From: a virus
Lineage: Duplodnaviria > Caudoviricetes
Length of the DNA stretch: 64,000 nt
Reading direction: 5' to 3' (one strand)
Virus record (IMG/VR): IMGVR_UViG_3300010998_000005
Span: 1-64,000 of that record
The stretch's first letter is position 1. Each line of letters opens with the position of its first letter. The position numbers and the translations under genes are program-made. This document shows positions 47,928 to 57,592 of the stretch, in pieces. The notes beneath the pieces were generated by a model. The model saw only the letters and a program-made list of their open reading frames with translations. It was not told the DNA's origin and did not search any database.

Positions 47928-49469
47928 TTAACTGTTTACTTGTGCAGGTTCAACTTCAATCTTATCTTCATTGTCACGAATTATATCGTTACGGTTAATT
48001 GCCATACTTGAAGCCTTGCCCGCATTATCCTCTACGGTCTTGTCGCTACGACTTATAAGCTTGCCACGCTCGGCAATAATACGTTCAACCTCATCGGGTG
48101 CTGCATCAGGGCATCTCTCCACAATAGTCTGTGTAGAAAGATATGGTGCTTCCATTCCAAGATTGACAAGTTTGGTGTTCGTGGTTTCAAGCGACCAGGG
48201 AATAATCCTTGCACCTATGCGAACTTGTGCAAACTTCTCCCTGCCATTTGTTTCCAAATCCATACCCTCTTGATGTAAGTAAACCATATCATTGACAAAC
48301 CTTTGCCAATCAATAGAGGATTGTACGGCAAGTGAGTAGTCGTTAGACATTGCAAGAGCAATACCGTTGCCGCCACTATTTGATGTGGTAATATCTTTCG
48401 GGGTGATGAACGAAGTAGAAGAAAACAAGGAAATCTTTTCTTCTAAGGTCTTTAAGTACCCATCCATTGTTTGTGGCTCTGGGAAATCCAAAACCTTTGC
48501 ATCTTGCTTTCCATTTGTAGTGTCACTTGAAAGGTTTACGATAAGTGTGGAATTGTCACGCTTGAAACTATCCTTATCCATTTCGCCTATAAAGACAAGT
48601 GCAAATGTACCAAAGCGTTTTAAGGCAATAGCATTGATGTTTGTCATCAACTCCCACATTTCAATAGAACTTTCGGCATATTCCCAAGCCACTTTGCCAC
48701 GATTATAAAGAAGTGGGCAACGTGAAAAGCCGTGAGGTCTTTGTGTTATCTCCCATCCACCCTCTACGGCTTCGTTTTGAACAAAGCGATACACAAACTT
48801 ATTATCATAGGTATCAAGAACTAACTTACCGTCAAGTTCATAGGCAAGCGTGCGTGCTACCTCTGCACCATATTCATCATAGTTAGGTATGATTTGATAG
48901 CCATCTTCGTAAGAAAAGTTTGTAACCGTGTACTTGCTCGTTTCCTTGTCGTAACTAAATAATACACCGCAATTACCAAGTTTCTTGCAAGTACTTATGG
49001 CTTCGTACTTGTACCATTCCATCTCACGCCAAAGCCATTCCTGTTTAATCTTGCTGAACACCTTTCTTTCGTTTTCCTCTGGTGTTTCGTTGCAAAGATT
49101 AAATTCCAAAGGGTTTGCCGTAAGGTTTCTTACGTGCGCTGCGTGTATCAACTTTTGGAACGATGCCGTTTGCACAATCTCCATTATATTCGTAGGCAGT
49201 TCCGTGCCATTCAAAGTAACCCTAATCTTAGGTATTGACTTGTTCAATATAATGTGGTGCAAATCGGGGTTGTATTCCGTAATGTACGTGTCTTGCGAAA
49301 TAGGGTGCAAGGTAAGGTTGGCAAACCCCGTATTCATATACGTATTGTTAAGTATGCTTTCATCCTCAAACCCGTGTGCATTCAAAGAACCACCACGTGT
49401 AAAGGGTTTCATACTCAACAATCTCATTGGGTCTTGTGCAAACCATTTAATGTCGTGTAGTCTATTCAT
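47928..49469 (-). CDS. Portal protein
   Basis: 513 aa immediately after TerL; GKVAWE..., SGGNGIAL clip/stem-like motifs of SPP1-type portals. Confidence 0.8.
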   Translation of the reverse strand: MNRLHDIKWFAQDPMRLLSMKPFTRGGSLNAHGFEDESILNNTYMNTGFANLTLHPISQDTYITEYNPDLHHIILNKSIPKIRVTLNGTELPTNIMEIVQTASFQKLIHAAHVRNLTANPLEFNLCNETPEENERKVFSKIKQEWLWREMEWYKYEAISTCKKLGNCGVLFSYDKETSKYTVTNFSYEDGYQIIPNYDEYGAEVARTLAYELDGKLVLDTYDNKFVYRFVQNEAVEGGWEITQRPHGFSRCPLLYNRGKVAWEYAESSIEMWELMTNINAIALKRFGTFALVFIGEMDKDSFKRDNSTLIVNLSSDTTNGKQDAKVLDFPEPQTMDGYLKTLEEKISLFSSTSFITPKDITTSNSGGNGIALAMSNDYSLAVQSSIDWQRFVNDMVYLHQEGMDLETNGREKFAQVRIGARIIPWSLETTNTKLVNLGMEAPYLSTQTIVERCPDAAPDEVERIIAERGKLISRSDKTVEDNAGKASSMAINRNDIIRDNEDKIEVEPAQVNS

Positions 49470-49488
49470 AAACCTTTCTTATAATATA

Positions 49489-51273
49489 TTATATACTGCT
49501 TAAAATATTCAAAACATCGTCACTTACATTTTTTATCTTTTGTGTGTGACGTATACGGCTATCCATTCCTTGTGACATATCACCATTGATATTCAGCATA
49601 GCCATCATATCCTCTGCCCTTAACTGCTTCTTTATAATGCCTGCATCATCACGCAATATTCTGTAACAATCATAGCAAGTGCCACCACAAAGCATTATCA
49701 CGTTATCGAACAAATCGGGCGACATACCTTTCAACAGTTTATGTTGGCTTTTCTTATCCAACATGGTAAACCTGCCATTTGGGGTTTTGTCGAATTGAAA
49801 GATGCAACTTTCAAAAATCATGTGCTTTAACACCGTAGTAGAACCTATGCGTTTCATATTTTGGTGTGTGTAGCGCATATCGGCAAACCGTGGTTCATAG
49901 TGTATCAAGCCACTTTGTATCATTTCCATAGCAAGATGTGAAGCTTCATCCTTTGCAGTCTTATATTGCGCCTTAGAACGCTTGCTTGGTTGCGATGCAC
50001 CGCTAAATTGTATGGCATTAGGATAACAATCCCTTAGATAGCCAAAGCCTTGCACATCGATGATTATTTGCTTGTCTTGTAGGTTGTGTTGGTTGCGGAA
50101 ATCGCTAATCATCATTACCGCCCCCCTATTGTCGTTCTTTACGCTATAACGTATATCACGACAAATAAAGCCGTAGTGTGACCACAATTCCCAATATTTC
50201 ATTACAAGATTGTCAAAGCCCGTAGTTGCCACATCGACGGTCATAAACCTTTTTATCAGTTCGCTGTTGTAGGGTATCTCACGTGGTCGGAACATTCTTT
50301 CTACATCGGTTGAATGTAGTTGTACGTTAGCCAAGTCCTCTATGTCCTTTTCTTCGTCTGTTATAGAATAGTTCCAGTTGCCCTCGTGTGCAGACTTTGC
50401 CGTAGCCGAGTTAGCAGCCAAGCCACGATATTGCTTGTTCTTTGCAAGCATCTTCTTGTTGTCACGCACATCAAACGTATAGAATACCATAGAAAGAATA
50501 TAATCTTCGTAGGTCATATCCGTGTCTAATGCCAACAAAGCATCTATGTGGTCTTTGCATTTCTCGTAAACCTCACGCTTGGTTCTTCCGAAATAAGTTT
50601 TTTCAAGGTCGCCCTCTTGCATATTGAGGTACATAACGACACCATCCATAGACTTATCTACCGTACCATCATCGTTTATCCAACCGCCACCATGTTCACC
50701 CTTTCCGCAAAGTTTTCTAAGAAAGCACTCCCTTTCGGGGTTTTGTGCAAGGAATATTTGTGCCTTACCTGCGCTATCGGAACGCAAACGTGGCATAAAT
50801 GATGTTATTGTGCGCCAATCAAACTTGTTACATTCGTCAAAGATAAGTTTCTTTGCCTGCAAGCCCTTTGCTATCTTATCAATCACAATAGGACTTTCGT
50901 TGTCAAGTTGTTGGAACTTTATCTCACTTCCGTTGTAAAGTTTCAAACCCATATCCGTTTGGTTGCGGATTATCTCACCTATCGGGTCATGGGGTTGCTT
51001 CTTTGCAATCCTATCAATCAAAGGGTACATCTTTTTCAAAGTGTCCGAAACTTTGCCTGCACCCCAGAAGTCACTTACGTTACGCATAAAGCACACAATC
51101 TTTGCGTTATCGTTCATTGCAAGGTATTCAATAGGGGCATAATAAAGGGCATAACTCTTGCCGCCTCCTGTCTGACCTGTAAAACAAACAATATCCGCAT
51201 TGCTACGAATGGCATACTTTTGGTTGCCATCCTCCAATGGTGCTAATACTATGTCGTTTCTCTTTCTTGCCAT
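49489..51273 (-). CDS. terL: Terminase large subunit
   Basis: Walker A GQTGGGKS, Walker B LIFDE, AQNP, nuclease DVATTGFD and SPDLFD; probable start MARKRND at 51273. Confidence 0.92.
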   Translation of the reverse strand: MARKRNDIVLAPLEDGNQKYAIRSNADIVCFTGQTGGGKSYALYYAPIEYLAMNDNAKIVCFMRNVSDFWGAGKVSDTLKKMYPLIDRIAKKQPHDPIGEIIRNQTDMGLKLYNGSEIKFQQLDNESPIVIDKIAKGLQAKKLIFDECNKFDWRTITSFMPRLRSDSAGKAQIFLAQNPERECFLRKLCGKGEHGGGWINDDGTVDKSMDGVVMYLNMQEGDLEKTYFGRTKREVYEKCKDHIDALLALDTDMTYEDYILSMVFYTFDVRDNKKMLAKNKQYRGLAANSATAKSAHEGNWNYSITDEEKDIEDLANVQLHSTDVERMFRPREIPYNSELIKRFMTVDVATTGFDNLVMKYWELWSHYGFICRDIRYSVKNDNRGAVMMISDFRNQHNLQDKQIIIDVQGFGYLRDCYPNAIQFSGASQPSKRSKAQYKTAKDEASHLAMEMIQSGLIHYEPRFADMRYTHQNMKRIGSTTVLKHMIFESCIFQFDKTPNGRFTMLDKKSQHKLLKGMSPDLFDNVIMLCGGTCYDCYRILRDDAGIIKKQLRAEDMMAMLNINGDMSQGMDSRIRHTQKIKNVSDDVLNILSSI

Positions 51274-51294
51274 GCTTTCCTTTTCGTGTTGCCA

Positions 51295-51420
51295 CAAAGG
51301 TAAACATTGTTTCAATGTTTCGATATTTGGCAGAATGGGAAAGTTTTTGGAAAAAGTGGTATTCCAAAAAAGAAAGTAAACGAAAAGGTATTTTATATAG
51401 TCTATTTGTTTTTATCTTTG
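51295..51420. promoter_or_regulatory. Divergent promoter region between terL and the scaffold gene
   Basis: Minus TACCTTTG at 51295-51302 and plus TATCTTTG at 51413-51420; -33 elements weak. Confidence 0.5.
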
Positions 51421-51464
51421 TGGCAAACAATTATTGTTTAACACGAAAATTATAGTAGAAAACT

Positions 51465-52097
51465 ATGACAAAAGAACAAGCGTTACAGAAAGTAACAGAT
51501 TATTGTACGGAGAAAGCGTACACAAGTGAAACTCTCACGGATGGTTTTAAGGACAAGTTCGCAGAACATTTTGCAAAGCGTTTCCCCGATGCTGATGCAG
51601 ATGACGAAAATGCGATTGCGGAAATGAAATTTGCGCTTAATTCCGCTTTTAGTGGTGCAAGCCTTATCATTACCGAAAAGACAAATGCCTTTACATCGAA
51701 AGAAAACGATTACAAGAACCAAATCGCAGAGTTGAACAAGAAACTTGGCACACCAACACCGCCACCGCCAACGGTTACAATACCAAAGGAAGTGCAAGAG
51801 CAGTTGGATGAACTAAAGAAGTTCAAGAACGAAGAGGCAAAGAAAGCCAAATCAAAGAATATTCTTAGTATTGCCAAGAACAACATTCGAGAGGACTTAC
51901 ATAGGTCGTTTGAGAACTACGCAAAGGACTTTGTAGTAAACTTGGATGAAGCCGATGAAGAGCAAGCCAAGAAATTGACCGCTCGTTTCCAAGAAATCTT
52001 CAAGGATAGTATTGGTGACATAAAACCTTTCAAGCCACAGCAGACGCAGAAGCAAGAAGATGAAATCATCGGCAAGGTAAAGAAAGTAGAAATCTGA
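51465..52097 (+). CDS. Capsid scaffolding protein
   Basis: Charged coiled coil with a Pro-rich linker, upstream of the capsid genes. Confidence 0.65.
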   Translation: MTKEQALQKVTDYCTEKAYTSETLTDGFKDKFAEHFAKRFPDADADDENAIAEMKFALNSAFSGASLIITEKTNAFTSKENDYKNQIAELNKKLGTPTPPPPTVTIPKEVQEQLDELKKFKNEEAKKAKSKNILSIAKNNIREDLHRSFENYAKDFVVNLDEADEEQAKKLTARFQEIFKDSIGDIKPFKPQQTQKQEDEIIGKVKKVEI

Positions 52098-52128
52098 TTT
52101 TTTAACAACAACTTAAAACTTAATTATC

Positions 52129-52815
52129 ATGGTTACAAACCTTGGATTTTATTTTGAAACGCAAAAGGAAGTACGTGGTGGTAAGTTCGTTTGGTGGGGT
52201 GATACCAATCCTACCTTGAAGAAGAACCAGTTGCTTGGTGGTGATTTGCTCAACCCTAAGAAGGGCTTTGACCATTTCTACGCAGGACAACTTGGTAAGT
52301 ATGTGCCAGGAGGTGGTCTTTCCGAGGACACCGAGGGTATTACCATTTATCGTGCTTTTGCGCCAAAGGAGGCTGCAAGTGCAAGCACCACTATTGTTCT
52401 TAACGCTACGGGTTGGGATGATGCACCCGAAGCAGGTATGCTGATTATGGTTGCTCCTGATACTGCTTCTACTACGGGTCAGTCTGCAAAGATTACCAAC
52501 GTAGAGTATGACAAGGAGGAGGAGAAGTTTACCGTTACTGTTGACACCGAACTTACCGTTGCCACTACCGATATTCTCGTAGAGGCAAAGGGTGACGAGG
52601 CAAGCAGCGAGGCAACACCACTTGTTGACTATGTTAATATGTGGGTACTTGCCGACGAGGATTTGCTTCCTACCGACGGCTTTGGTATCAAGAATGGTCA
52701 CTACTATATGTCTGGCGTAAGCGGTTGCGCTGCTTACATTGGTCGTATGCAACCATTGGCAAAGTACATCCTTGCACAGAACAAGTCACTTATTGACGGA
52801 GTGTTTGAACTTTAA
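52129..52815 (+). CDS. Head decoration/cement-like protein
   Basis: Beta-rich 228 aa between scaffold and major capsid. Confidence 0.55.
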   Translation: MVTNLGFYFETQKEVRGGKFVWWGDTNPTLKKNQLLGGDLLNPKKGFDHFYAGQLGKYVPGGGLSEDTEGITIYRAFAPKEAASASTTIVLNATGWDDAPEAGMLIMVAPDTASTTGQSAKITNVEYDKEEEKFTVTVDTELTVATTDILVEAKGDEASSEATPLVDYVNMWVLADEDLLPTDGFGIKNGHYYMSGVSGCAAYIGRMQPLAKYILAQNKSLIDGVFEL

Positions 52816-52838
52816 TAAAAAGAAAGGAGAAACAAGAT

Positions 52839-54104
52839 ATGGCAAACGCATATAAATATCCAGATAATCCGCAAGCACTTGTTGAAAAGCTTTATGCAAA
52901 GGGTTTGCTTAACGAAGGTGGCAACGGATTTGTACAGAAGTTGATTGACCAAAGCATTGTTCTTAATGCCAATCGCTTCTTCTGGCAGGAAAACTTTACC
53001 GTTGAGGGCAACGAGTATCAAATAGACCTTGGCGCAACGAAGAAGAACCCTGCTTGGACTGTAAGAATGAAGACTAACCGACCAGTACCTACCGCTGATG
53101 CGATGGCACCTCTGAGTGAAACCGCACAACTTGACGGAGAGGGTTACATCGAGAAGTCAGGCTCTATCCACCAATGGGGTAAAGGACTTTATGACACTAC
53201 AATGTCTAAGTTGGAACTCCAAGCACGTCTTCGTGAACTTGGTAGCGTAGATGCAGACCTTCTTGATGGTTATGTACGTGGCGTGGCAGCCCTTACCGCT
53301 ACACACATGTATACACTTAGCCACATTGCAGCACAGACCATTTCTAAGGGTGGTGCTTACGACAACTCTAAGATTAAGGGCTTCTCTGCAATTAATGTCA
53401 ACCAAGATGCTTACATTCCACAAGCAAACTTCAAGACCGCAGGTGCAAAGGTTTGGGCAGATGCCGATTGTGATATACCATCACAGATGCAAAAGATTGA
53501 GCAAGATTTCAAGATGGCTAACAACATTGCCGAGGACGCTCCTTTTGTATGGCAGATACCTTACGACATCCTTATTTCCGTATTCTTGAACAATCAGTAC
53601 GTTAAGGAAGAGGTAAATCGTTACATTCGCCTTTACGCACCCGATAAGGTTGTTGTCATACAGGCAAATGGCACATCAAGCATTGATGCACAGACCATTT
53701 CGCTTGAACAGCTTATCGAGTACAGCCGTAACACCAACATCTCCAAGATTGCGCCTATTATGGTTGCAAAGGAGTCGCAAGTGGTACAGGACATCAAGAC
53801 TATCAGGACTGTTAGCGGATGGGAGCAAGGCAAGGTTGTTCTTCGCCCACTTGGTGATAATGGCAAGTGCGGTGTTATCGTTCACGCACAAGTAGCCGAT
53901 GTTGAGATGATAGGCACAGGTGAGATTAACAATTCTGTAACTGCTAATGCAAGCAAGATTGCTAATTTCCTCTATCTGCTTAACGAGGTGTCTAACGATG
54001 GTAAGTACAAGAAGTACGCAACCAAGGTTATTGGTCGCTACGGTACGGTACTGACCGAGGCTATGCAACACGTGGTAGTTGATATAACAACCGCTGATGC
54101 ATAA
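52839..54104 (+). CDS. Major capsid protein
   Basis: 421 aa, position, strongly biased codon usage, PTADAMAPLSE segment of gpE-like capsids. Confidence 0.8.
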   Translation: MANAYKYPDNPQALVEKLYAKGLLNEGGNGFVQKLIDQSIVLNANRFFWQENFTVEGNEYQIDLGATKKNPAWTVRMKTNRPVPTADAMAPLSETAQLDGEGYIEKSGSIHQWGKGLYDTTMSKLELQARLRELGSVDADLLDGYVRGVAALTATHMYTLSHIAAQTISKGGAYDNSKIKGFSAINVNQDAYIPQANFKTAGAKVWADADCDIPSQMQKIEQDFKMANNIAEDAPFVWQIPYDILISVFLNNQYVKEEVNRYIRLYAPDKVVVIQANGTSSIDAQTISLEQLIEYSRNTNISKIAPIMVAKESQVVQDIKTIRTVSGWEQGKVVLRPLGDNGKCGVIVHAQVADVEMIGTGEINNSVTANASKIANFLYLLNEVSNDGKYKKYATKVIGRYGTVLTEAMQHVVVDITTADA

Positions 54105-54156
54105 AGCCACGCACGCTTAAAAGGATTGTAGTAGAAACTTGTAAAGATTTAATACG

Positions 54157-54540
54157 ATGACGGTACTTGAATGGCTTAGAGCATCTACAAGATACACCTT
54201 TGAGGATGAAACCTTTAAGAAGATTGCATTGGATAGGGAATGTAACCTTGAAGATGATGTATATGGCGAAAGTGTAACGAAGCGTCAAAGGGAACTTATG
54301 ACTGCCGATATTATATTCACAGCCGTACTTCTAAGTCCTTCAAATACCGCTTCTTTAAGTCAATCCCACAATGGTTTTCAAAAGACCATAGGGCAAGAGC
54401 AGGATTTCTACCAAGATGAAAAGATAAAGTACGCAATAAGCATCTATAGCTTGTACGAAGATGAGCGTGGTGACATCTTAGAGGCTGCGACAAGGAAGAA
54501 GATTACCTTTATACCAATCGTTGATGTAGATAGGCTATGA
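54157..54540 (+). CDS. Head-tail adaptor
   Basis: Position after capsid; MTVLEWL..., SLSQSHNGFQKTIG. Confidence 0.6.
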   Translation: MTVLEWLRASTRYTFEDETFKKIALDRECNLEDDVYGESVTKRQRELMTADIIFTAVLLSPSNTASLSQSHNGFQKTIGQEQDFYQDEKIKYAISIYSLYEDERGDILEAATRKKITFIPIVDVDRL

Positions 54541-54872
54541 TAAGGGGTGAGATAGATGAATACCCTTACGAGGGAACGATAACACGCACCGTTGAGGGTA
54601 GTGGTAGAGATGAAGATGAAACCATCGTTGTCTATCAAGGCAAGATGGATGAACACATGGTAACGGACGAAGAGGGTCGTTCCTTGCAGACATCATCTTA
54701 TATCATTTCCATACCCTTGGTTCAAAACGAAAATGGTGTGTGGTGTATTCCTAAGAAAGGTGACAATATCGAACTTGTGCGCTATGGTGAAACGATAGAA
54801 TTTAATGTTGACAATGCCGAGCCATCGCAAATAGGTGGTGTAAGTGTTTACGCATCAAGAAACAGTTGGTAG
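54537..54872 (+). CDS. Head closure/stopper protein
   Basis: Position; beta-rich 111 aa. Confidence 0.55.
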   Translation: MIRGEIDEYPYEGTITRTVEGSGRDEDETIVVYQGKMDEHMVTDEEGRSLQTSSYIISIPLVQNENGVWCIPKKGDNIELVRYGETIEFNVDNAEPSQIGGVSVYASRNSW

Positions 54873-54884
54873 TTCAAGGTATAT

Positions 54885-55598
54885 ATGGCAAGGGTTTACA
54901 TAAAAGGTCTAAATGCTTACTTGAAAAAGTATGGCAAAGATTTGAAGAAAGAGATTTCTGGCAAGCAGACCGCAAACCTTTTGGAATATGCTAAGAACAC
55001 TATACAAAGTATTGGTGACAAGATAGCATCTTACAGTAGCGCAAACAATCTTGACAGAACGGGCAATTTGCTTGATAGTCTATGTTGGGGATTGGTGTAT
55101 AATGGCAAACTTGTTGGCAAAGGTTTCTACCGACCACAAAAGGCATCGGAAGAGTCTCATTTGCACGAATGGATGTCAAGCGACATTTCTTCTTTGTTTC
55201 CTGTTTACGGTCACGGACTTGCAGAGCAATTTATCCAAAGGTTTGCTAAAAGAAATGGTAGCGGACAAGGTTGGAGGGTTTTCTTTGCTGTTCTTGCACC
55301 TTATTGGGGATATTGGGAAGAAGGGTTTACGATGGTACATGGCTGGAGCAACAATGGCGGGAAGAGTAAATTTATGGGTGCTACATTTAAGCAGTTCGCC
55401 GTAATGACAGAGTTCTACGATGTCGTAAAATCGGACTTAAAGCCTGCAAAGGTTACTTTCCATAACTATGTGCCAAAGTACAACACCAACAAGAAGAACA
55501 ATCTTCAAAGTTTGCGTAAGAGTACCGCTAACCAACCATACAAAGAGACAAGGCATTTTAAGAATATACCACGTATCAAGACAAAGGGCAAGAAGTAA
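54885..55598 (+). CDS. Tail completion protein (HK97 gp10-like)
   Basis: DRTGNLLDS and APYWGYWEEG motifs. Confidence 0.6.
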   Translation: MARVYIKGLNAYLKKYGKDLKKEISGKQTANLLEYAKNTIQSIGDKIASYSSANNLDRTGNLLDSLCWGLVYNGKLVGKGFYRPQKASEESHLHEWMSSDISSLFPVYGHGLAEQFIQRFAKRNGSGQGWRVFFAVLAPYWGYWEEGFTMVHGWSNNGGKSKFMGATFKQFAVMTEFYDVVKSDLKPAKVTFHNYVPKYNTNKKNNLQSLRKSTANQPYKETRHFKNIPRIKTKGKK

Positions 55599-56044
55599 TG
55601 TTTGAAAAGTCAAGAATAGCGATATACGATTATTTGTATAACTTGTTTTATGACACGGTAACAAAGAACGTGTATTCTATGCACGAACCGCAAGAACTTA
55701 TCCAAAGTGACACAAAGGATGGCTTTCTTGTAATTCGTGTTGGTGACATACAAGATATGAGTGAGTTCAGGGCAAACGCATACGGACAAGTTCGTTGCTA
55801 CGTTGAAGCCTATGTACCGCCTATGTCACGTGGTCGCCTTGATTACAGCAAATACGAAGCCTTTGAGAATAAAATCGAACATGTGATAGAAGAAGAAATT
55901 GCAAGTGGTGGCAATGGCGACTATTCCATACAAGACGAGGAAATCTTGTCTATGGACACGAAAGAGGACAGCCAAAGCAACAACCAATATTTCTTGTTCA
56001 TCAAATCCTTTATAGTGACAATTAACAAAGAAAGTATTTCATAA
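55598..56044 (+). CDS. Tail terminator-like protein
   Basis: Position before the tail tube gene. Confidence 0.55.
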   Translation: MFEKSRIAIYDYLYNLFYDTVTKNVYSMHEPQELIQSDTKDGFLVIRVGDIQDMSEFRANAYGQVRCYVEAYVPPMSRGRLDYSKYEAFENKIEHVIEEEIASGGNGDYSIQDEEILSMDTKEDSQSNNQYFLFIKSFIVTINKESIS

Positions 56045-56087
56045 TCATATTATTCATTATTAACCAAACTTAGAAAGGAAACAAGTT

Positions 56088-56576
56088 ATGGCAACAAAGA
56101 AAACAACCTTAAAGACCGCTTCGCTTGGCTATCGTGCCGTTGGCGGTAGTGGTGATTACACTATGGTAATGGGTGTTTTGAAGGGTCTTACCCTTTCACA
56201 AGACGAGCCAGATGCAACCGAGATTGAGGCAGAGTTCTATGACACGCCGTTTGACATCAGTTACGATGGCAACCCACCCGTAATGTCTTTCTCTCTTGTG
56301 AACTTTGCGCTTGATGAACTGCCAAATATTTTTGGTGGCGAGTATGATAGCACAACCGACACTTACACCTTTGCACCAAATGCATATTCAAGCGAGTGGG
56401 AGTGGAAGCTGGAGTTCCAAAAGGGTAACAAGGCATACGTTATCCATCGTGGCGTAACACTTGGTACTATTTCCAAGGAAGAGGACGGTGCTTTGCAGTT
56501 CAATGTGACCGTTACAGGTCTTACAACCGACGACAGCAAGGTACAGTCTATTGTTGGTAGCACTACCAATTCTTAA
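56088..56576 (+). CDS. Major tail tube protein
   Basis: 162 aa, biased codons, LTLSQDEPDATEIEAE. Confidence 0.7.
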   Translation: MATKKTTLKTASLGYRAVGGSGDYTMVMGVLKGLTLSQDEPDATEIEAEFYDTPFDISYDGNPPVMSFSLVNFALDELPNIFGGEYDSTTDTYTFAPNAYSSEWEWKLEFQKGNKAYVIHRGVTLGTISKEEDGALQFNVTVTGLTTDDSKVQSIVGSTTNS

Positions 56577-56742
56577 TAAAAAAAACAAATTTCTTTTTGT
56601 TTTCGTGTGAACGTGGGGAGGCGTTTATTGGGGTGTCCCCGATGATGTCTCCCCATTTATGTTTATTCGGAAACAAAGCAGAAAAAAAAAGAAAACGAAA
56701 AGGAAAGTTTTACACGAACAACAAAAGAAAGGGAAGAAAGAT

Positions 56743-57366
56743 ATGCAGTTATCGGGAAAGAAGATACGTGAATCACAGAAGAAGAAGCAAGAGGCACTTG
56801 ATAGGCTTGAAGAAGAACTCAGTGACTTTTCTATTGACGTAAAGCGTGAAATAGCCGACATAATCAATGACTGCCCTACCATAGTACGTTTAGGTGAAAA
56901 GGACTATGTGATGAAAGATTTGCGTTTTTATAGCATCTATCGCATCTTTAACCTTGCTTACAAGATGATAAAGGCAGATGAAAAGTTAGATGATGACAAC
57001 AAGGTTATTGTGGCTTTGTGTACCGATTTGGATGCTATGTGTGAGATAATGGCAATTATACTTTGCAATCACTTGTTTACGGCAGAAGGTGCAAAGACCT
57101 ATGATGATATAGAAAGTTTGCGCACAAGGAATGACAAGATGGTTGAAATAATGAAAGCCAAGGTAATGTATTCCACCTACGATACTAACCAATGGGGTGC
57201 GATAGTGATTGGTGCTATAAAGTCTATTGATTTAGGCGGTTTTTTTTTACTCAAAAAATCGGTGAATACGCTTTTAACTTCGCATCTGTCGAGGAAGAAG
57301 AAGTCAGTGGAGACAGCCTCACAATTTACGGAAGCACAGTCGTTGCGGATGCTTCAGACTTCTTAA
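56743..57366 (+). CDS. Tail assembly chaperone (gpG-like)
   Basis: Between tail tube and tape measure; probable start 56743. Confidence 0.7.
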   Translation: MQLSGKKIRESQKKKQEALDRLEEELSDFSIDVKREIADIINDCPTIVRLGEKDYVMKDLRFYSIYRIFNLAYKMIKADEKLDDDNKVIVALCTDLDAMCEIMAIILCNHLFTAEGAKTYDDIESLRTRNDKMVEIMKAKVMYSTYDTNQWGAIVIGAIKSIDLGGFFLLKKSVNTLLTSHLSRKKKSVETASQFTEAQSLRMLQTS

Positions 57367-57563
57367 AGGTTTTCACGCAATACACCCTTGACGACTATCT
57401 TTTTAATCTTAGTGTGGCGCAGATACAATTCATGTCAATAGACAACACCCACACAAAATACTTGAAAGGTGCGGATAAAAAGGCTTGGAATGCCTATGCC
57501 GATGCCTTGAAAGGTCAAAAGCAAGTATCAAGTTTTCTTGGTGGCTTGGATAACAAGGAATAA
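57240..57563 (+). CDS. -1 frameshift extension of the tail chaperone (gpGT-like)
   Basis: Slippery T TTT TTA at 57240-57249; the -1 frame stays open to TAA 57561-57563 (TQKIGEYAFNF...GGLDNKE). Confidence 0.8.
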   Translation, partial: FFFTQKIGEYAFNFASVEEEEVSGDSLTIYGSTVVADASDFLKVFTQYTLDDYLFNLSVAQIQFMSIDNTHTKYLKGADKKAWNAYADALKGQKQVSSFLGGLDNKE

Positions 57564-57592
57564 CAACAACTACAAAATAAGAATATAGCATT

